Source of the DNA: Rhodosorus marinus CCMP1338
Lineage: Eukaryota; Plantae; Rhodophyta
Direction of reading: 5' to 3'
NCBI GenBank assembly: GCA_029953675.1
Contig: JAMWBK010000004.1
Location: forward strand, 2,666,001-2,730,000
DNA length: 64,000 nt
Part shown: piece by piece, positions 33,823 to 48,250 of the stretch
How the letters are laid out: every line of letters starts with the position of its first letter
Numbering within the stretch: the stretch's first letter is position 1
Notes under the pieces: generated by a model
Told to the model about the DNA's origin: nothing
Databases searched by the model: none
The model's input: only the letters and a program-made list of their open reading frames with translations
Made by a program: the position numbers and the translations under genes

Positions 33823-36800
33823 ATGTCAGATGACAACCAGGAGATATCTCCGGAGGAGCGATATCAGAACAAGGTGATCTATGCGCTTCTGGCTCAGGGT
33901 CAGATCTCAGAAGGACAATTGTTAACTTTTAAATACAAGCGGAACACTTTTGAGTGCGCTGTTAGGGAGGACGCAAATCTTGCCTACAAAGATGAAGGTG
34001 AGCCATCATCAAATTCCAGTCTTTGAGTTAGCGTGCCATTTCCAGGTGCATTCCCATTTGTGCATCAGGTGGCTGCTCACGAATAAATATGTAGATGTGC
34101 TTCTGTTCCAAGAGACGCTGAACTTCATTTTCCGTTGCTTTCTTCAGAAATGGAGGAGGAACAAGTGTTCTATTCTCTGAATTCATTCGCAAACTGGTGT
34201 ACCCTTCACCGGTGCGATGATACGATTCGTGGCAGAAACCGAACGAACGAAGCTCATTTCTTCTCGTTTCAGAACTTTTACGTGGATGGACGTCGGCTAG
34301 CGGATATGACTGACGGTCTCGAGGGCTTGCAGGATGGAAACACGAGTGAAGAGAATGCGACGGGTATCGGCTTCAAAAGGAGAGCGCCAGATAGAGGAAA
34401 GAGTGTAGGCCTAGACTCCCACAAAGTTGAGTGCTGATCCATCGAGCTACTGAAAACATCCTTACCCTTCCCTACATAGGAAACTGATGAACAAGCAAAA
34501 AAGAAACGATTGGACACCCCCCCTTTGACCGATAAGGTACACTGAGGCTACGGGAACGAAAGGGTGCAAAACGACAGCAACTGAATGATGTCTGAACTAT
34601 GTTTTCTTATCCTTGAGTTGCAGACCGAGCGAGCTGGGAAGACTAGGTCCGAACGACAGAGGGCTTCGGACGAGAAGAGAGATGCGGCCGCTGCCGCAGT
34701 CGAGGAGGGTCGTCGAAACACTCGACTCGCTTCAGGATCGATAAAACAGGTACGAAGGATGAAATCTATGCGAATAATCCAAGTGCCCTCTGGATTCCGG
34801 TCTCAGTTTTGATTCGCGCAGGTCGACTACAAGCTCAGTGCAATTGGGTCCTTTGCGAAGCCCACTGGAGAGAGCGATGAAGAGAGCGTTGGCAGGGAGG
34901 CAGGCGCGAGTTTACTGGAGGGAGAAGCAGGAGAATCTGCGGAGAACGCGAAGAAGGACTTTGACAAGGATACGGCAAGCGTAAAGTACGCCCAGCCACC
35001 CGTTATGCGTTTGGGCTCTGCCAGAGACGAGGTCGGTACACTGCTTATTCAATCGATTGCTTTTCGTCATCCATGGCCTCTCCAGCAGGCTGGAAGGGTA
35101 TACAAGAACGGGTCGGCGCTTATCTTCTTCGAGACTGCGCAAGGTCGGTAGGGGCCAAACCGAGGAAGACGACGTATCTAAACTTCAGGGCGTGTCAAAC
35201 GTTGACGAAAGAGTGGAAGAAAACCAAGCAGAGGAAATTAACGGAGATGCGAATGAGAAAGAACCAGTACCCGAAGCGGAGGACGAGGAACCCGCGAAGA
35301 AAGAGGAGGACAAGGTTTGCTAGCTGGGATCAAAAGAGTTGATGTGACATCACAATAGTGTACAAGCTGACTTAATTCGTTGGTTGCTAATGGATAGATG
35401 GACGTGGAGGATGTCGTTAACGAGGAGACGGTTAATCTAAAGGATGACGTTGGGCTGCTTGATCTCGAGGACGACGCTGCAGATTCTGAGGAGCACAGTG
35501 AAGGCAAATCTACCTCTGAGGGTTCTGTTATTAGCTTCGAGAGCAAGCAAGCTCTCCTTCAAGCCATAAAAGGTTCGAACTCTCTTGACACGGATGCCGT
35601 AGTTAAGGCTTCCGGTAACGAGCTCCATGCGGAGGATGTCGAGAAGGCGCTGGCAGAAACGAAGAGTCAAATGCAGTCTGTTAACACCACTGCTGAGGAC
35701 TCCCCTCCGAGCACTGTCGAGGTAATCATCCTCACCCAATTCGGGCCCTGCGGTCGCTGGCCAAGAGAGACGTGGAGCATCTTTGTTGACACGAATTTAC
35801 AACACCACAGGTCATTGCCTTTCTAGCGGCTAGGGTATACCACGGAGAAAAGCACAAACAAGAAACGATCCTGAAACGGACGAAATCTGAACAGGACATG
35901 GAAAGGAATGCAGACCGCGCCCAGAAAGCTTACGATGCCTTGACAAAGGAAAGGGACGAATTGGAATGGAAGAAGATAGTCGCGAGGAAAGAAATTGATG
36001 AGATTAGAGGCCGACTGGAGTACGAGGCGAAGAACATTAAGCAACTGGAGAAGGAGAGACTGGCAGCAGAGGCTGAGGTTAGAGTCAGCATCCCACATCT
36101 CCACTGCTTCGTGGAACTGACATTTGAAAATTTGATTTTAGGCTAACGAGGCGAAGGGACGAGCAGACAACCAGGTTAAGAGAAGATCAGACCTCGAATT
36201 AGAAGTTGAGAGCTTGCGACTCAGGGAGCTCGAGGCCCGCAGAAGGCTTGACCGGGCAAATCTTAAGACTGTCGCGCTACGTGCTGACATAACTGCTAAC
36301 ACAACAGATACTGTGGTTGACAAAGAGTCGCGAGTCTTGTACAATGTTTCACAGCCAAGTGATGAAGCCGGTAATCTAGACCTGTTGATAATTAAGAGAA
36401 AACAGCTGGAGACTCTGGCGAACAAGAGAGAAGTGGAGGCTTTGAAAATCCTTCGTCGAGTGGAAATGCTTGACAGAAGGAACGATCAGCTTTTTGCTGA
36501 GAAAAGTAAGACTGCAGCCAAACGATTCGATTTTAGTACACCTCCCCGACTCCAAATCCGCATGCACTTAGAAAAATCTCTTTTACAGATCGACTTGAAA
36601 ATGATATATATACTGGCCCGAAAGCCTCAAGCAACCAAGCATACGGAAAGCAGACTCCGTCAAACAAGCCAGAGAAGAAGCCGAAGAAGTCGACGGGCAA
36701 GGAGGATGCAGCCTCCAAGAAAGATAAGCAGAACAAGGCAAACACTGAACAGGGCAAGGATAGAGAAAACTCCAAGAAGAAATCGCAAAAGTCCGCCCAA

Positions 36801-36926
36801 GCGGTGACGACGGCAAAGGACAAAGCGAATCCCGCAGGGTCGAAAACCTCTGAGGCGCCCTTCGTCTCCTCGAAAAGGAAGCACAAACCTATTCATAGCT
36901 TGCCTGATTTGACGACACCTACCTAA
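33823..36926 (+). CDS. Multi-exon protein: N-terminal RAMA-like domain, acidic linker, long coiled coil, Lys-rich tail
   Basis: Exons 33823-33997 and 34148 onward give LLAQGQISEGQLLTFKYKRNTFECAVREDANLAY...VFYSLNSFANWC...FYVDGRRLADM. Further charged exons are linked by GT-AG introns. The single-gene model and the 3' end are approximate. Confidence 0.65.
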
Positions 36927-37271
36927 CTAGCATGTAGACCTAGCCTGGACGGGACGAGCTCTCCTGCAGCTGTATTTTTTTGAGCTAAAGCCCATACGTA
37001 CTAACCGCCGACATGTTTGCTTTCTGCTTCTTGTGGTGAGGAAACCGTCTAGCGACTAGAAATAAATAACAGAATTTTATCAGAATCGAGGAGCGTCTTG
37101 GTTGATGAAATTACATTTCAAACGACGGCCGCTTGATGTTCATAAAATAACAGCGAAAAGTTCGGATCATTAAGACTAAATATTTACACTGCGGTCGAGC
37201 ACCGGCGCAAAATGCCAAGAACATGTCGGGCCGTTGGCGTATCCTGCGCCTCGCATCCACGTGCAGATAAA

Positions 37272-40200
37272 TCAATTCGCTCTAGGACCGTCCTGCTCAT
37301 GTGACTCCAAGTTTTCGATATTCACAGGATGGAGCTCCGCTGGAGATTGCTCACAGTCCTTTTCGAGAACTCCCGTCAACATTCCGGTCCTGGCGAGTAC
37401 GTTCTTGAGATAGGTAGGGACATTGTAGGCATTCTCCAGAGGCTTTAAGTCTGCGAGTCTCGTCGTTCCGGATTTCCAATGTTTTTCTTCGCTTGGGACG
37501 GAATCGCAGGAAGGATCCTCATCACTTTCATGGGGGGACGTCTTGAGAAGTGCGAAAAGAGATAAAGAATATCGGACGAGTGTACCGTCCTGCGGGTACC
37601 TCTTCACCGCACTGGTTAATGCAGAACAAGACTTCAATCAGCACCATACCCGCTGAAAATCTGGAACGGGATCTGAATATGGACATACCTCGCCATGAGG
37701 GCTGGTGCACCAGCAGATACGCACGCTGAGGCAAGATGCTCATCCTCTGCAAGGACGCTTAGAGCAGCAATTCCATATCTCTGTACGGCTGCGCTGTCAT
37801 GAGACCTCATCGCCGACAACACAAGGTTGACTTTTGAGGTTAACAGGAGAGGGAACGGGGAAAGGCTTAGCAATGGGCGCTCATGAAGCAAAGGTAAAAG
37901 GATAGTAGAGGACTCACCTCCTCTCTCTCCGAATTGTGCTCGATTCTCCTCTGCACCCCCAGCCAAGAGACACATTGCAGAAATAGCATCCGTTTGGACG
38001 TCCAAATCCGCGGGGTAATCTTCCATTGCGAGTAGAACGTTGTCAGAACATGAATGATTGTTGAAAATCTCCCGTATCTCAGCGCTCCCCCGACACAAGT
38101 TTGCCACTGCTCGACAACACAGTGCAACGACACTTGTGGAGAAGGAATGAAAATCAAATACTCTGCATATAACATCCCCCACTTCTGCTGGGTTGCGAAC
38201 GATTTCCGCAGCAAGGTCGATTCGAGTGGATAACGAGCACAGAGCACAGAGGGCGGCATAAACAAGATTCTCGTCTGAAACCCACGTGGACAGGGAGTCA
38301 AGAATATTGTCAGCTACGCCGGTAGCGACAAATTGTAATTTCATCTTGGGATCCTGTGCCACATTTCAAAGCCACAAAAGTGAGGGGAGTGGTAATCTTC
38401 CATGGAGCATGCTAGTTTAGGCTTACACAAGAGGACACGTTCGCGATTGCAAGACACCCTCTCAGTTGAATTGATCGAGATGTTGTGAAGGCATTCATAG
38501 CGCGAAAGATTCGATTCTCCAGGGCCATGCCGGAGAGGTTGGGTTTCTGTCCCTGCCCAGAAATCGTCATCACTCGCAGAACTCCCAAACTTGAGTGGAC
38601 TACGCTCTTCACATCAATCCACTCATCAAAGGCTTTCAAAACTGTCAACATGAGTCCCCGAGACTGCGCTTTAGACCTCACTATTTCCGACTCGGCAAGG
38701 AGTATCTCAAGGCATGTCATTGCGGCTGAGACAATTTCAGAATTCAGTTGGTAGTACTCAAGCGCTAATTCCGCAGCTTCCTCCACCTTCTCCGACACAA
38801 GTACTCTTCTTGAGGCCCTATCACACCCAAGCCTGGCAGCCGCGAACAGGGCAGCTGTTAGAGTTCTCGGCTGTCGACTGTACATGCTTGCTATTTTAGC
38901 TACAGTGGACGTCGCTCCGCTCTTCACTACTACTCTCTGACCAGCGACAGTTCCGCAAAGAGCCCACAATGCCCGACAACCCGACTCCGCCAGTGAAGTG
39001 TGTTCAAGGTGATTTTCAACCCCAGAGGATATAAGAGGCGCAGTCCTGCTAGCCAAATTCACGAGATTCCTGGATTTCCACTTTCTGCAGATTGAAGCTA
39101 TGTTCTCACAGGCAATGTCCATTACGCGAGCGTCCGATTGATGGATACGAACGGTATGAACTAGAAGGTTGCTTAGCTGTGATCGAACTGCTGAGCTGAT
39201 ATCGATATCGTCCTCATCATTCGAGTTGTCTGAGTTATCAAAGTCCTCCTGATCAGGAGCATTCAGGGCCCCAGCGCTGATCAAGGAGTGTGCTGAACCT
39301 AACCTTTTCAAGGTATCCTTCTCCGTACTCTCAGATGGCCACAGTGTCAAGACTACATCGAACAATCTCAGAAAGGAGAGCGAGATAACCCTGTCCTCCA
39401 GTGACTCAGCAGTAACGCAGAGCAGAGCGTTGACGGCTTCAGCCTCGTCGTTTTCCTCTAAGCATAAGGACGCTACCGACAAGCACTGAGCAACTGCAAA
39501 GTTCTCCCCTCTTGCGCCCAGCTGCAGGGTTGTGCTCATGGCAACTGGCGCAATCCTTGCTTTCCGAAGTGGATCACTTCCTACCCTTGCGGCGATCAAC
39601 TCAATCGCTGTGCACGCTTGATTTACAGTCTCAGGCGTGACGCTTTCAACACCAATCGCACGTTTGAGCGCGTCCAGAGTACCTAGATCAACCAATCTCT
39701 CTAGGACTCGCTTCTCGCGAGCTTCACAGAGATATCTGACCGCCCGACACCCTTCTATCCGCACTTCTCTAACATCAGTGAATCGTTTCAAGGCATTTAG
39801 AACGCTGGCAAGGAGAGTATCAACCAGGATACCTGAGTAAATAACAACGAAAGGACCAGAAGAGACACTACCGTTGAGCACTCTCTCCTGATCGAAGCAT
39901 CTTGTCCAACGTTCTATGGGGCAGCTTACCGCATGCCCGAGGGTTCTTCATAGCCATGGCGGAGACTGCAGCGCAACCAGTTCTCTGCAGTTCAAGATTT
40001 TCCGGGGCAACGTTCATCGCCGAAGCTACGGCTCTTGAAGCAGCTCCTCCAGCCAATTCTAACCTTTCCTCGTCATCCAGAATCCACGCGCACCTTCTGA
40101 TCACGTCACTCCCGCGAGTCTGGATTTCAACGTTCGCCTTGAAATTCTCCATAATTCCGACAACCCATCGCCAGGCTTTTCCTGCGTTACCTCCCCACCC

Positions 40201-40341
40201 AGACGATCCTTGCAGCTTCTTCAAGTTTCTGAGTGCTTTTTTCTCGTCCCATTTACTAGCCATATACATAAGAAGTGACCTCTCCTCCAACGCATCGAGC
40301 TCTTGCTCAACCTCCTCGTCGGTAAGAGAAACAGCAGACAT
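37272..40341 (-). CDS. Armadillo-repeat protein, multi-exon
   Basis: Repeated ARM-type units (VEIQTRG, LELQRTGCAA, LAESGCRALWAL, SIQLRGCLAIANV, VQRYGIAALSVL) across ORFs of 168, 489, 242 and 121 aa. Confidence 0.85.
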
Positions 40342-42096
40342 GATAGACGGTGAAACACCAACACGACTCCTCAAATCATTTCTTCAGCGTCCTCCCACAG
40401 TTCTCCAAACCCCAAACACCTCGCTTTCTCTGGACAAGATCAACCTTTCGAAGACTCCCTCCTTGCTTTATTCGAAGCCGTCCAAGGCTTACTCCATCAT
40501 CAGACAACCCCAAAACGCACTCTAGCTCTCCCACAAAGTACCTCAGCGGGAAAACAAAAAACGACAGCGGGCTCACACAAAGACCAACTTAACAGAAGAG
40601 TCTTCCCCTGGAATGACACTTCCACATCCGCAAATTCTTCAACAAATTCCCCCTTTTCCACCCTTTCAAAACACCCAAAAACCACACAACAGATCCACAC
40701 TCAGATAACAATTTCTAACAATAACCCGAACTTATGTCTACACACCCTTCCATGTATCATCCTTTCTCATACGTATTTCTTTCATACAGTCTTCTCTACC
40801 TTCTCCAGCTTCTCCCCTCCCATCCCCTTCTCCCCCCACCCCGCCTTCCATCTACAAAAACCCCCTTCAAAACCTCATTCAGATTCACACCTTCCTCAGT
40901 TTCGAATTGGGTCATCTCCGCAAATGTTCCCATCCTTTTGGCCCATCAACAATAAAAGAAAAAAAAAAAAGAGACCATTGCAGGACGGTGAAGTAATCCA
41001 TCCTGATGTAAGCCCAAGCCCTAGGGCCCAAAAATATAATAAAAACAAACTCTTGTGCGTTTTGATTTTCTATTAATTTACTTACTTTTATCGTGTCTAG
41101 AGGAATATTTTACGAAGATTTTAATCAGCAGAATTTAGTGATTGGTAATCGCAACAGAATTCAAGACAATAAAGGACACTTGGCAATAACAGAATGGTGT
41201 GAGGACTAAATACTATGTTATAATTGGATATAAGTGGTATCTTGGATCTGGCGGCGATTTTTCTCGTTTTTTTCATCAGTGAGATGTGTACGCTTGTTTT
41301 CCGTTTTGAAGGGGTGTTTTTGGTCCCCCTTTATTGGATCAATCCGTACACTCCACCCATTCGTCCCTTCTTCAAAGAGGTAGTTTGTTCTGAACTAATT
41401 TTTGCGGGTGGATATCGGTCTGAAAGGCGCCTCGTGCTGAAATGTAGTGAGGGTTGTTTGTTTTTTCAGACCACCCAGAAAAGCGCCCGTCAGGGTTTGA
41501 GTTCAATCTACGGACGGCCTGTATACATAGACCAGTAGTGGAGAACGCACAAAGGTTTTTTCTTCGAGCTCGTGCCAAATGGCGCTCTGAAAGTGGTAAT
41601 CAGACAGTAGAATCCGATGGTTTTAAGTCCGATCATCGTCCTTTTTACCGGACATTAATGGAGTAAAAGTCGCCCGCTTGAGTTGGGGTTATGTCCGGCT
41701 GTATCGTGAAGGAAACAACATGATGCACCGCAAAAACGTTGTACCGTTTACGGGTCAGAATCAGGGCATGACTATTTTTTTCAAGACACTTCGGCCCTGG
41801 CTCCTTGCTCGTGTCTGCGTGTTTTGTAAGTTTCTCCTCTGGATGCGGCTAATGTTATTCCTGCTCCAATTCTCACCATCGAAGCGGGTATTAGGCTGTC
41901 AACTACTACAGCACGTTCTTACGAGCCGAAAGCAACTAGCTGGAGTCCCGCTCCCTGGGCGGTTGGTCATTCACGTTCTTCAAGTTCAAAATTTGCCGGA
42001 GTTTTAATATTTGCACTTCTGTCTGCACGCGCGCTCATCACGCACCCCGAAAAATCTAAATCGGTTTCCAAACGACCTAAGACCCTGTCGCGCTCA

Positions 42097-42750
42097 CTAC
42101 TTCTGATCATGGAACAACTCATCGATGATTGTGCAGACTAGAACAAAGAAAGCAGAATCCCCACCAGCCGGAACCGTAATATTGTACGTGTCCTGGTCCG
42201 TCAGCATGTTCCTCATATTAAGACTGTCCTTCTGAACTTTGCATACTACATTTCCAGCGCCGTCACAGACATCGAACGTCTTTCCTCGCATACCTCCTTC
42301 AGCGGTGTACGTTGCATCACCATCATCCGAATCGCCAAGGAAAATGTTGATCTTTTTCTTGAGTCCAATCTTGATCTTCACAATTCCAACCACTTCCTCG
42401 TTCGGGTTGACCACGTAAACCTAGGAGCACCATACAATACAGGATTCAGGAAATGATAATCTGAAGTCGCATAGAACAAATCCTCCAGTCCGATTCTCTC
42501 TTACCGTCTGGTGGAGACTAGCGAGCTTCTTCTTCATTCCAAGAACTGGTTCCTCTGTCTCCCCATCCTTAAGCCAGATTGCATCAGAAAGAGAAATATG
42601 CTTCCCCTTGATAAGGAATGCCAGACTCCCATCTTCATTGTAAACCTTTCCAGAATCTGATCCACTTATGGAGAATCCAACCTTCTCCTTCGACTTGAAG
42701 GTCATCTCCCGAGAAGCTACATACTTCGGGTCCGATACGACGACGTTCAT
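42097..42750 (-). CDS. LURP-one-related / Tubby C-like (LOR) protein, 2 exons
   Basis: FKSKEKVGFSISG, LKDGETEEPVLGMKKKLASLHQT, DTYNITVPAGGDSAFFVLVCTIIDE; intron about 42422-42502. Confidence 0.85.
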
Positions 42751-44388
42751 CCTACTTCGATTTAAAAAACACTTCCCAAATCAATTTCTTCTGCTATCAA
42801 TCTCTCTATTCTCTCTCTTCCGCACACTCCTGCTCATCGGCTACTGCTATCATCCCCAACCTTGCTACGCCTTTAATATACCAAACTATCCCAAACTACC
42901 CCAAACCTGGTACAATCAACAGATAAAAAATCGGTTGTGGTAGCCGCCAGCTCCAGGCTTATCGTATATCCTACACAAAGTACCAAACCAAAAATGTTTA
43001 ATTTTAAGCCCCACTATTATCGTTATATTTGATATATCTAGTGATTATCTCGACGTGAAATTATATATCACGAGAAGCGTACCATACGAATTTTGAATTC
43101 CCAAAACATTTGCTTACATCATACGGGAAGGGGGAAGATGATTGCTAAGAATTCTGCGCTCTTGAAAAAACGTAAACATATTTAAATTCGCGGGAACCAG
43201 CCAGGGGTAGTTGAACCTCTCATTGTTTTGTTTTTCATATGTTATTTTGAAGGGCGTAAGGACAAGCTGTCGCATTCTTATACCCTTAAGCAATATTTTA
43301 ATATAGAGCGTTGCCGATATATACAATAGTTTGATTTTGATTGAATACGATTGCTTTGTACACCGCCAGAACTTTCTTGAACGGTCGAACTTTTTCGAAG
43401 GGGGAATCGAGCAGATGTTACTTGATTGGATGGAATTTCACTCCCAGTGTAAGCGACGTGATTTCATTTTCCAAATTATCGAAAAATTGATACCTACTGC
43501 AGGAGTTCATTTTGTTTGGAAATATTAAGTTTGATTTTGATTGAATATGATTGTGTGTTCACCACCAACTTGTAATGGATTGAATAGCAGTCAAAATAAT
43601 AAACATGGTGTTTCCATGTTATCGATATGGAAACACCATAATAGTTGAACGTGAATTTCAGGGCTTTTAAATTGGCCCTCCGCAAAAGCGTGTAAGACAA
43701 TCCTCAGATTCCACAGGCAAACTGACTCCTTTTACATTTGTTGAGAGCTCGCTAGCTATCTATCGACTTCTAGTCTAATGCTTCTGATCTGAGCCTCCGT
43801 GGAGCATCCATGAGGCTGTTCGGAAGTTCAAAGCCCGACTAAAGGCTAGTGGCTGGCGGGCCTCCTTGCAGCTACTACTAGATTCTGGACTGGTTTTCGG
43901 GTGGATTGATTGTATTGATTGGGCCTAGAGTGTAGTTGGCAAGTGTAAGTTTGTAAGCGGGGCTGGATCAGCAGGCGGCACCTGTTACCACAAGGATCTG
44001 CGCTCGGTCCATTTGAATTACCTTCGTACAAGTGTGATCAGAGTGTAGTGCTTACAGCTCTTGGACTAGCCTTATGTTCCGCAACTTTCCAGAAATTGAA
44101 TGACCCCATCTCAGTCAACTGACTGCAAGATCCAGTTGCTTTAGCAAGTAGGGATCCGAACTCAAAACTTGCCTGAAACACACACAAGGTCTTTGCTTTC
44201 AAGGTCCCTGAAAGTCGTTGTCGAATGCCCTGCTGAACTCACGAGGAAGACATGCCGTTCTACGACTTCTACGTAATTTGAGAAAGTGCATGGGTTTGAG
44301 CAAGCTGGCTCAAAGCGCAAGCAGCAGTGCTACTTTGAAGACCAACTCAACTTGTCCTACAGGTGCACTTCATGAGCGGCTTCTTTAT

Positions 44389-46263
44389 TCACACAGTTTG
44401 AGTCTTGCCGTTTTCCACTCTCATTAGCAAGTTAGACTTTTCCGTCAGACGCACAAAGTCAGTTTCGAGGTCCACGAGGCCACCTTCACGCAGTATCCTA
44501 AGCACCCGCGGCACAGCTCCCCGCAAATCCGCTTCCTCGCCAACGTGGTCTTCCAGAAACTGTTCAGCTTCTTTGCGCAGATCGTCGACCCTCGCCTGTG
44601 ACCCATTTGCAAGCGATGGGCTCCCTAGCAATAGCAACCCGGTTTTCACCTCCAGATCTTGTACATAGTCCTGAAGCACCAGCAGTACAGCGTTTCCCTG
44701 AGCCGAAAGGGAGTCCAGCTGTTGTCTTCCCCTCCTCTCCTTGTACTGTGCAGTAATATTTATGAAGTTGACAAATACCCGGATGAGGTACTGTGAGAGG
44801 GTTCCAGCTGCTACCAGTGAAGCAAACTTGTTGTCAATGCGTGTAAAAAAGGATGTAATACTGGCAATTAAACCAGTAATCGTCAGCAAATCCAGTCTTA
44901 GTATGTCGAAGGTGCTCGGGATGACAATCTGACAATAGAGACGAAGAATTCGGACTATTAGAATATAGTCAATTGCTTTTGGGGACTCTGAAAGTGCATG
45001 TAAAGGTCAAAAAGGCCAACCTACCCCTCCGGGAAAGAAGGCAGAAACGGCAGCAAAAGGGACGTCTTGGTAGAGCTTCATCTGAACCGGCTCCACACTC
45101 TCAAGATCTTCGGTACCGTTGAAGATGAACAGCAGCTGCTTTGTTGATGGCTCTTGCGTATAGGTCGGGAGAAAAAATTCTCCAAAGTCTCCGTTCCAAT
45201 AAGCTGGGACCGTCACCCGTCGAACTTTTCTGGACAAAATTTTGCGTGTATCCTTACTTTTCTCTTCCAGCGTCTCGGTGCGACCTTCTTCCTTCTTCTC
45301 CTGTATACGATTCAGTGCCGACCTCAGCACAGCCCTCCTGAGCTCAAACATGGCGTTGAAAAGTGCGCTCACTGGCTCCTCGATCGATCTGAGCAGTCCC
45401 GCTTGAAGCCCTCGCAACTTCTGGCCTAGCAGCACTCCTGAATCTCGCTTAAAGTCGAACTACCGGATTGGAAGAGCAGACGCAGTTAGATGTGTGCTTG
45501 TTCTTAACATGTCGACTGCAGCATAAGTAGCATACCCCTCTGCAAAAGGCCAGACCAGCTGGGTTCAAACAGTTCGAGCTGGACAAATCCTCGTTTACAG
45601 AACCCTTAAAAGGCTGTTCTACGACGAAATCTTCAATAGAAACGGGAACTGCATCTGCGTACCTTTCTAGCTTATTCCATTCAGTGAATTCTGTTGCAGA
45701 GAGGTGCCGGAATCCAGCGCGAACCACCAGCTCATGCAGAGATCTCAGAGATTCCTTTTCTCTCTCAGCCAGACCCATTTCTATTCGTTCCCTAAGGGGA
45801 CGAATATCTGCCTCAACAAGAGACCTCACCTGATCCAGAGTTCCTTGTGATAATTTGTCCCCTATTGCCTGAACCAAGTGATCGAGTTCGGAACTAATGT
45901 AATGGTCCTTGAGCGGGACATCTATGTCTTCTACTTCAGTGGTATCCGTGATCTCCATGTCAGCGCCTGGAATGCCATGAGAACAAAAACCACAAGAAAA
46001 CAACAAACGCCTCTCAGTCCATGGCTACTCGATATCATCGAAGCCAGCAATCCCTCACCCACAAGAAACACTCCATTAGTCTTAAACTCCTCAGCGCGCC
46101 TTCTCGCCTCCTGGTACTTCTCCTTATAGCTGATCACCGCCCGCCTAGCCCGAATAACCGCACGTTCCAGATTCTTCTCCGTCGAACGCGCCCTACAAAC
46201 AACCCCGCCCCGCCCATTCCGACGCCCACATTCACCTCCAGCCAAAACTCCAAAACCCATCAT
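44389..46263 (-). CDS. DUF3754 (TMEM143-like) protein, probably plastid-targeted, multi-exon
   Basis: Transit-like MMGFGVLAGG...VVCRA; motifs RAGFRHLS, TQEPSTKQLLFIF, MKLYQDVPFAAVSAFFP, two hydrophobic segments, LQDYVQDLEVK. Confidence 0.75.
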
Positions 46264-46320
46264 ACTTTTACAAAATTCATGTCATCTTACGCTCCTACCT
46301 TCTCTAAACCACTCTATCTA

Positions 46321-46345
46321 TACACATACACACACACACACACAA
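46321..46345. repeat. (CA)n microsatellite
   Basis: tacacatacacacacacacacacaa. Confidence 0.8.
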
Positions 46346-47735
46346 AATAAAATATTAAATTTCCCCTGTCATACCCCTTCACCCTTCCCCTCCCTATCAG
46401 ACACTATATATCAGTAATCCCATCTCTCGAACACGCATGCATCACACCATAATCCCTAAATGACTCAATGCCCCCGAACCGGTTTCATAAACGAGAATTA
46501 ATAACGGTCCAATCATTATTCGACGGTTCAATCAAATTAAGATCTTTTCAGACTTTTCGTTAAAAAAGTCAGATTCGATGATATGCATGTTGAAAGTAGT
46601 TTTTAGACGCAACTGCAATTTTTAGTAGGTTTGTTTTTAAAGGTGAGTGGTCAATTTCAATGTATTTTTTGGAAGAAAAATCGATTGGGCGAAGATTATA
46701 TGGACGACGGATCAAATTAGTCAGCTGTTATTGGTTTTTAATGGTTGCTGGAGAGATCTGTTGAGGGGGCGTGCCGGCTGAGAGCTGTTCAGAGGAAGGT
46801 CGATACAGGGCTGTCCTGGGCTCTGTCACCTCTGCCGACTTTTCTCGAGGGGTCGTTTGTCCGTTTGGACGTTTTCCACGCGCTTTCAGAGCCCCCCTAA
46901 CCACCTTTTGTGGGTGGAGAGGAGCTTCGTCTCCTTATCTGCTATTTCAATCGGTGCTGGAAGGTTGCTGCTGGGACGTGGGTGCCCTTCTCCAGTTGAG
47001 TGCAGATATCCGACCTGGCAGCTTCCGGTGATTTGACGAAGTTCTGCGGCGGCGCCGCCAGCACAGAGATGGGCACTGGAGTTTCGATGGTTGTCTGTCC
47101 AACGTTAGCACCGCAGAGCCCGCTGCGCTCGCGTCCATTTCCGTCACTCAGCCTCACGGGTTAACAGCGTTGGAAGGGACCGCGCTGGTAGGATTAGCAT
47201 TGTCGCCTATGACGGAATTTGAACCGAAGCAGAGGTTTTTCGGTAAAGCGTTGTGGTGGCTGCGTGTGATTGATCTGGTCCTCGCCGATGTTGCGGTGAG
47301 GTGGTTTTTTTGGATTTTGTTTAGGTTGGGAGAGGGAATGTGGGTGAGCGCATTGTGACGTGAGCTCACCGGATGGAACGGAGAAGTATGTTGTTTGTCA
47401 GGGCCCAGAGCTCAGTCCCCAGGCGAGGAATTGGAGTGAGCCCGAGTGGTATGGTAGTCCGGGATGGGATCCAGGGGTCAGAAGCTTTCAGGAATGTTGG
47501 TTTGCTCGTAGCTGCTTCATTCGAGTGGGATGGTTGTTTTTGAGAGCTCAGCGCCTCGATCGCAATTTAATTTTGGTGTCTACGGAAAGCTGGAGATGTA
47601 TATGGCTTCAGAGCATGATGATACGTAAGAAGCCCTTTGCCCAGATAACTACGTCTGAAGCTTTCTCTGAGTGGATTTGGATCAGCCTCGCAAAGATATC
47701 AATTCACTCAGACTTGTCATCCCACAACGCGGCGT

Positions 47736-48250
47736 TTAAGAAGACTTTTTGTTTTTTGTCTGAACTGTCTCCGTCGAACTATGCAACCGCCAATCGCTGA
47801 GACGGATATTCCAAGTAACCTCAGGGTGAGAAATCATTCCGCCTTCCTTTGTTCCGGGCATTTGGACCGCGATATCACGCGGGGTTAACTGATCCGCGAA
47901 TTGAATACAGTTCTCCGGTTTGCTAAAAACCCGCAGGCTCAAACCTTCCAGGTCGCAACATCCAGCAAGAAACAGATCGTGGGTCTTGTCGTGCACTCGT
48001 CAGACCACGATAGTGGCTGCTTAGGCCTATCAATTGGCTGCCCGGGTGTATCAGGTAGCTGAGCCGCAGCTGCGAGACGTAGACGCCGCTGTCGAACAAC
48101 TCACTGCCCAAGAATCCAGACCTTCACGAACTCTCGCCCAGTACTTCATATAATTTCTCCCAGATCCACAGATCTGACGCATGCTAGGGGACTTGTCCGA
48201 ATAATCTTCAAAACTGCCAGCAGCTTCTAGCCGTGCAAACCCCAATACCT
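47736..48250 (-). CDS. Possible small multi-exon hypothetical protein
   Basis: gtgagt...cag and gtttga...cag introns join FARLEAAG...GLDSWA / PIDRPKQPLSW...DVATWK / LTPRDIAVQ... in frame; a C-rich tract upstream matches other minus-strand genes. No homology recognised. Confidence 0.3.
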
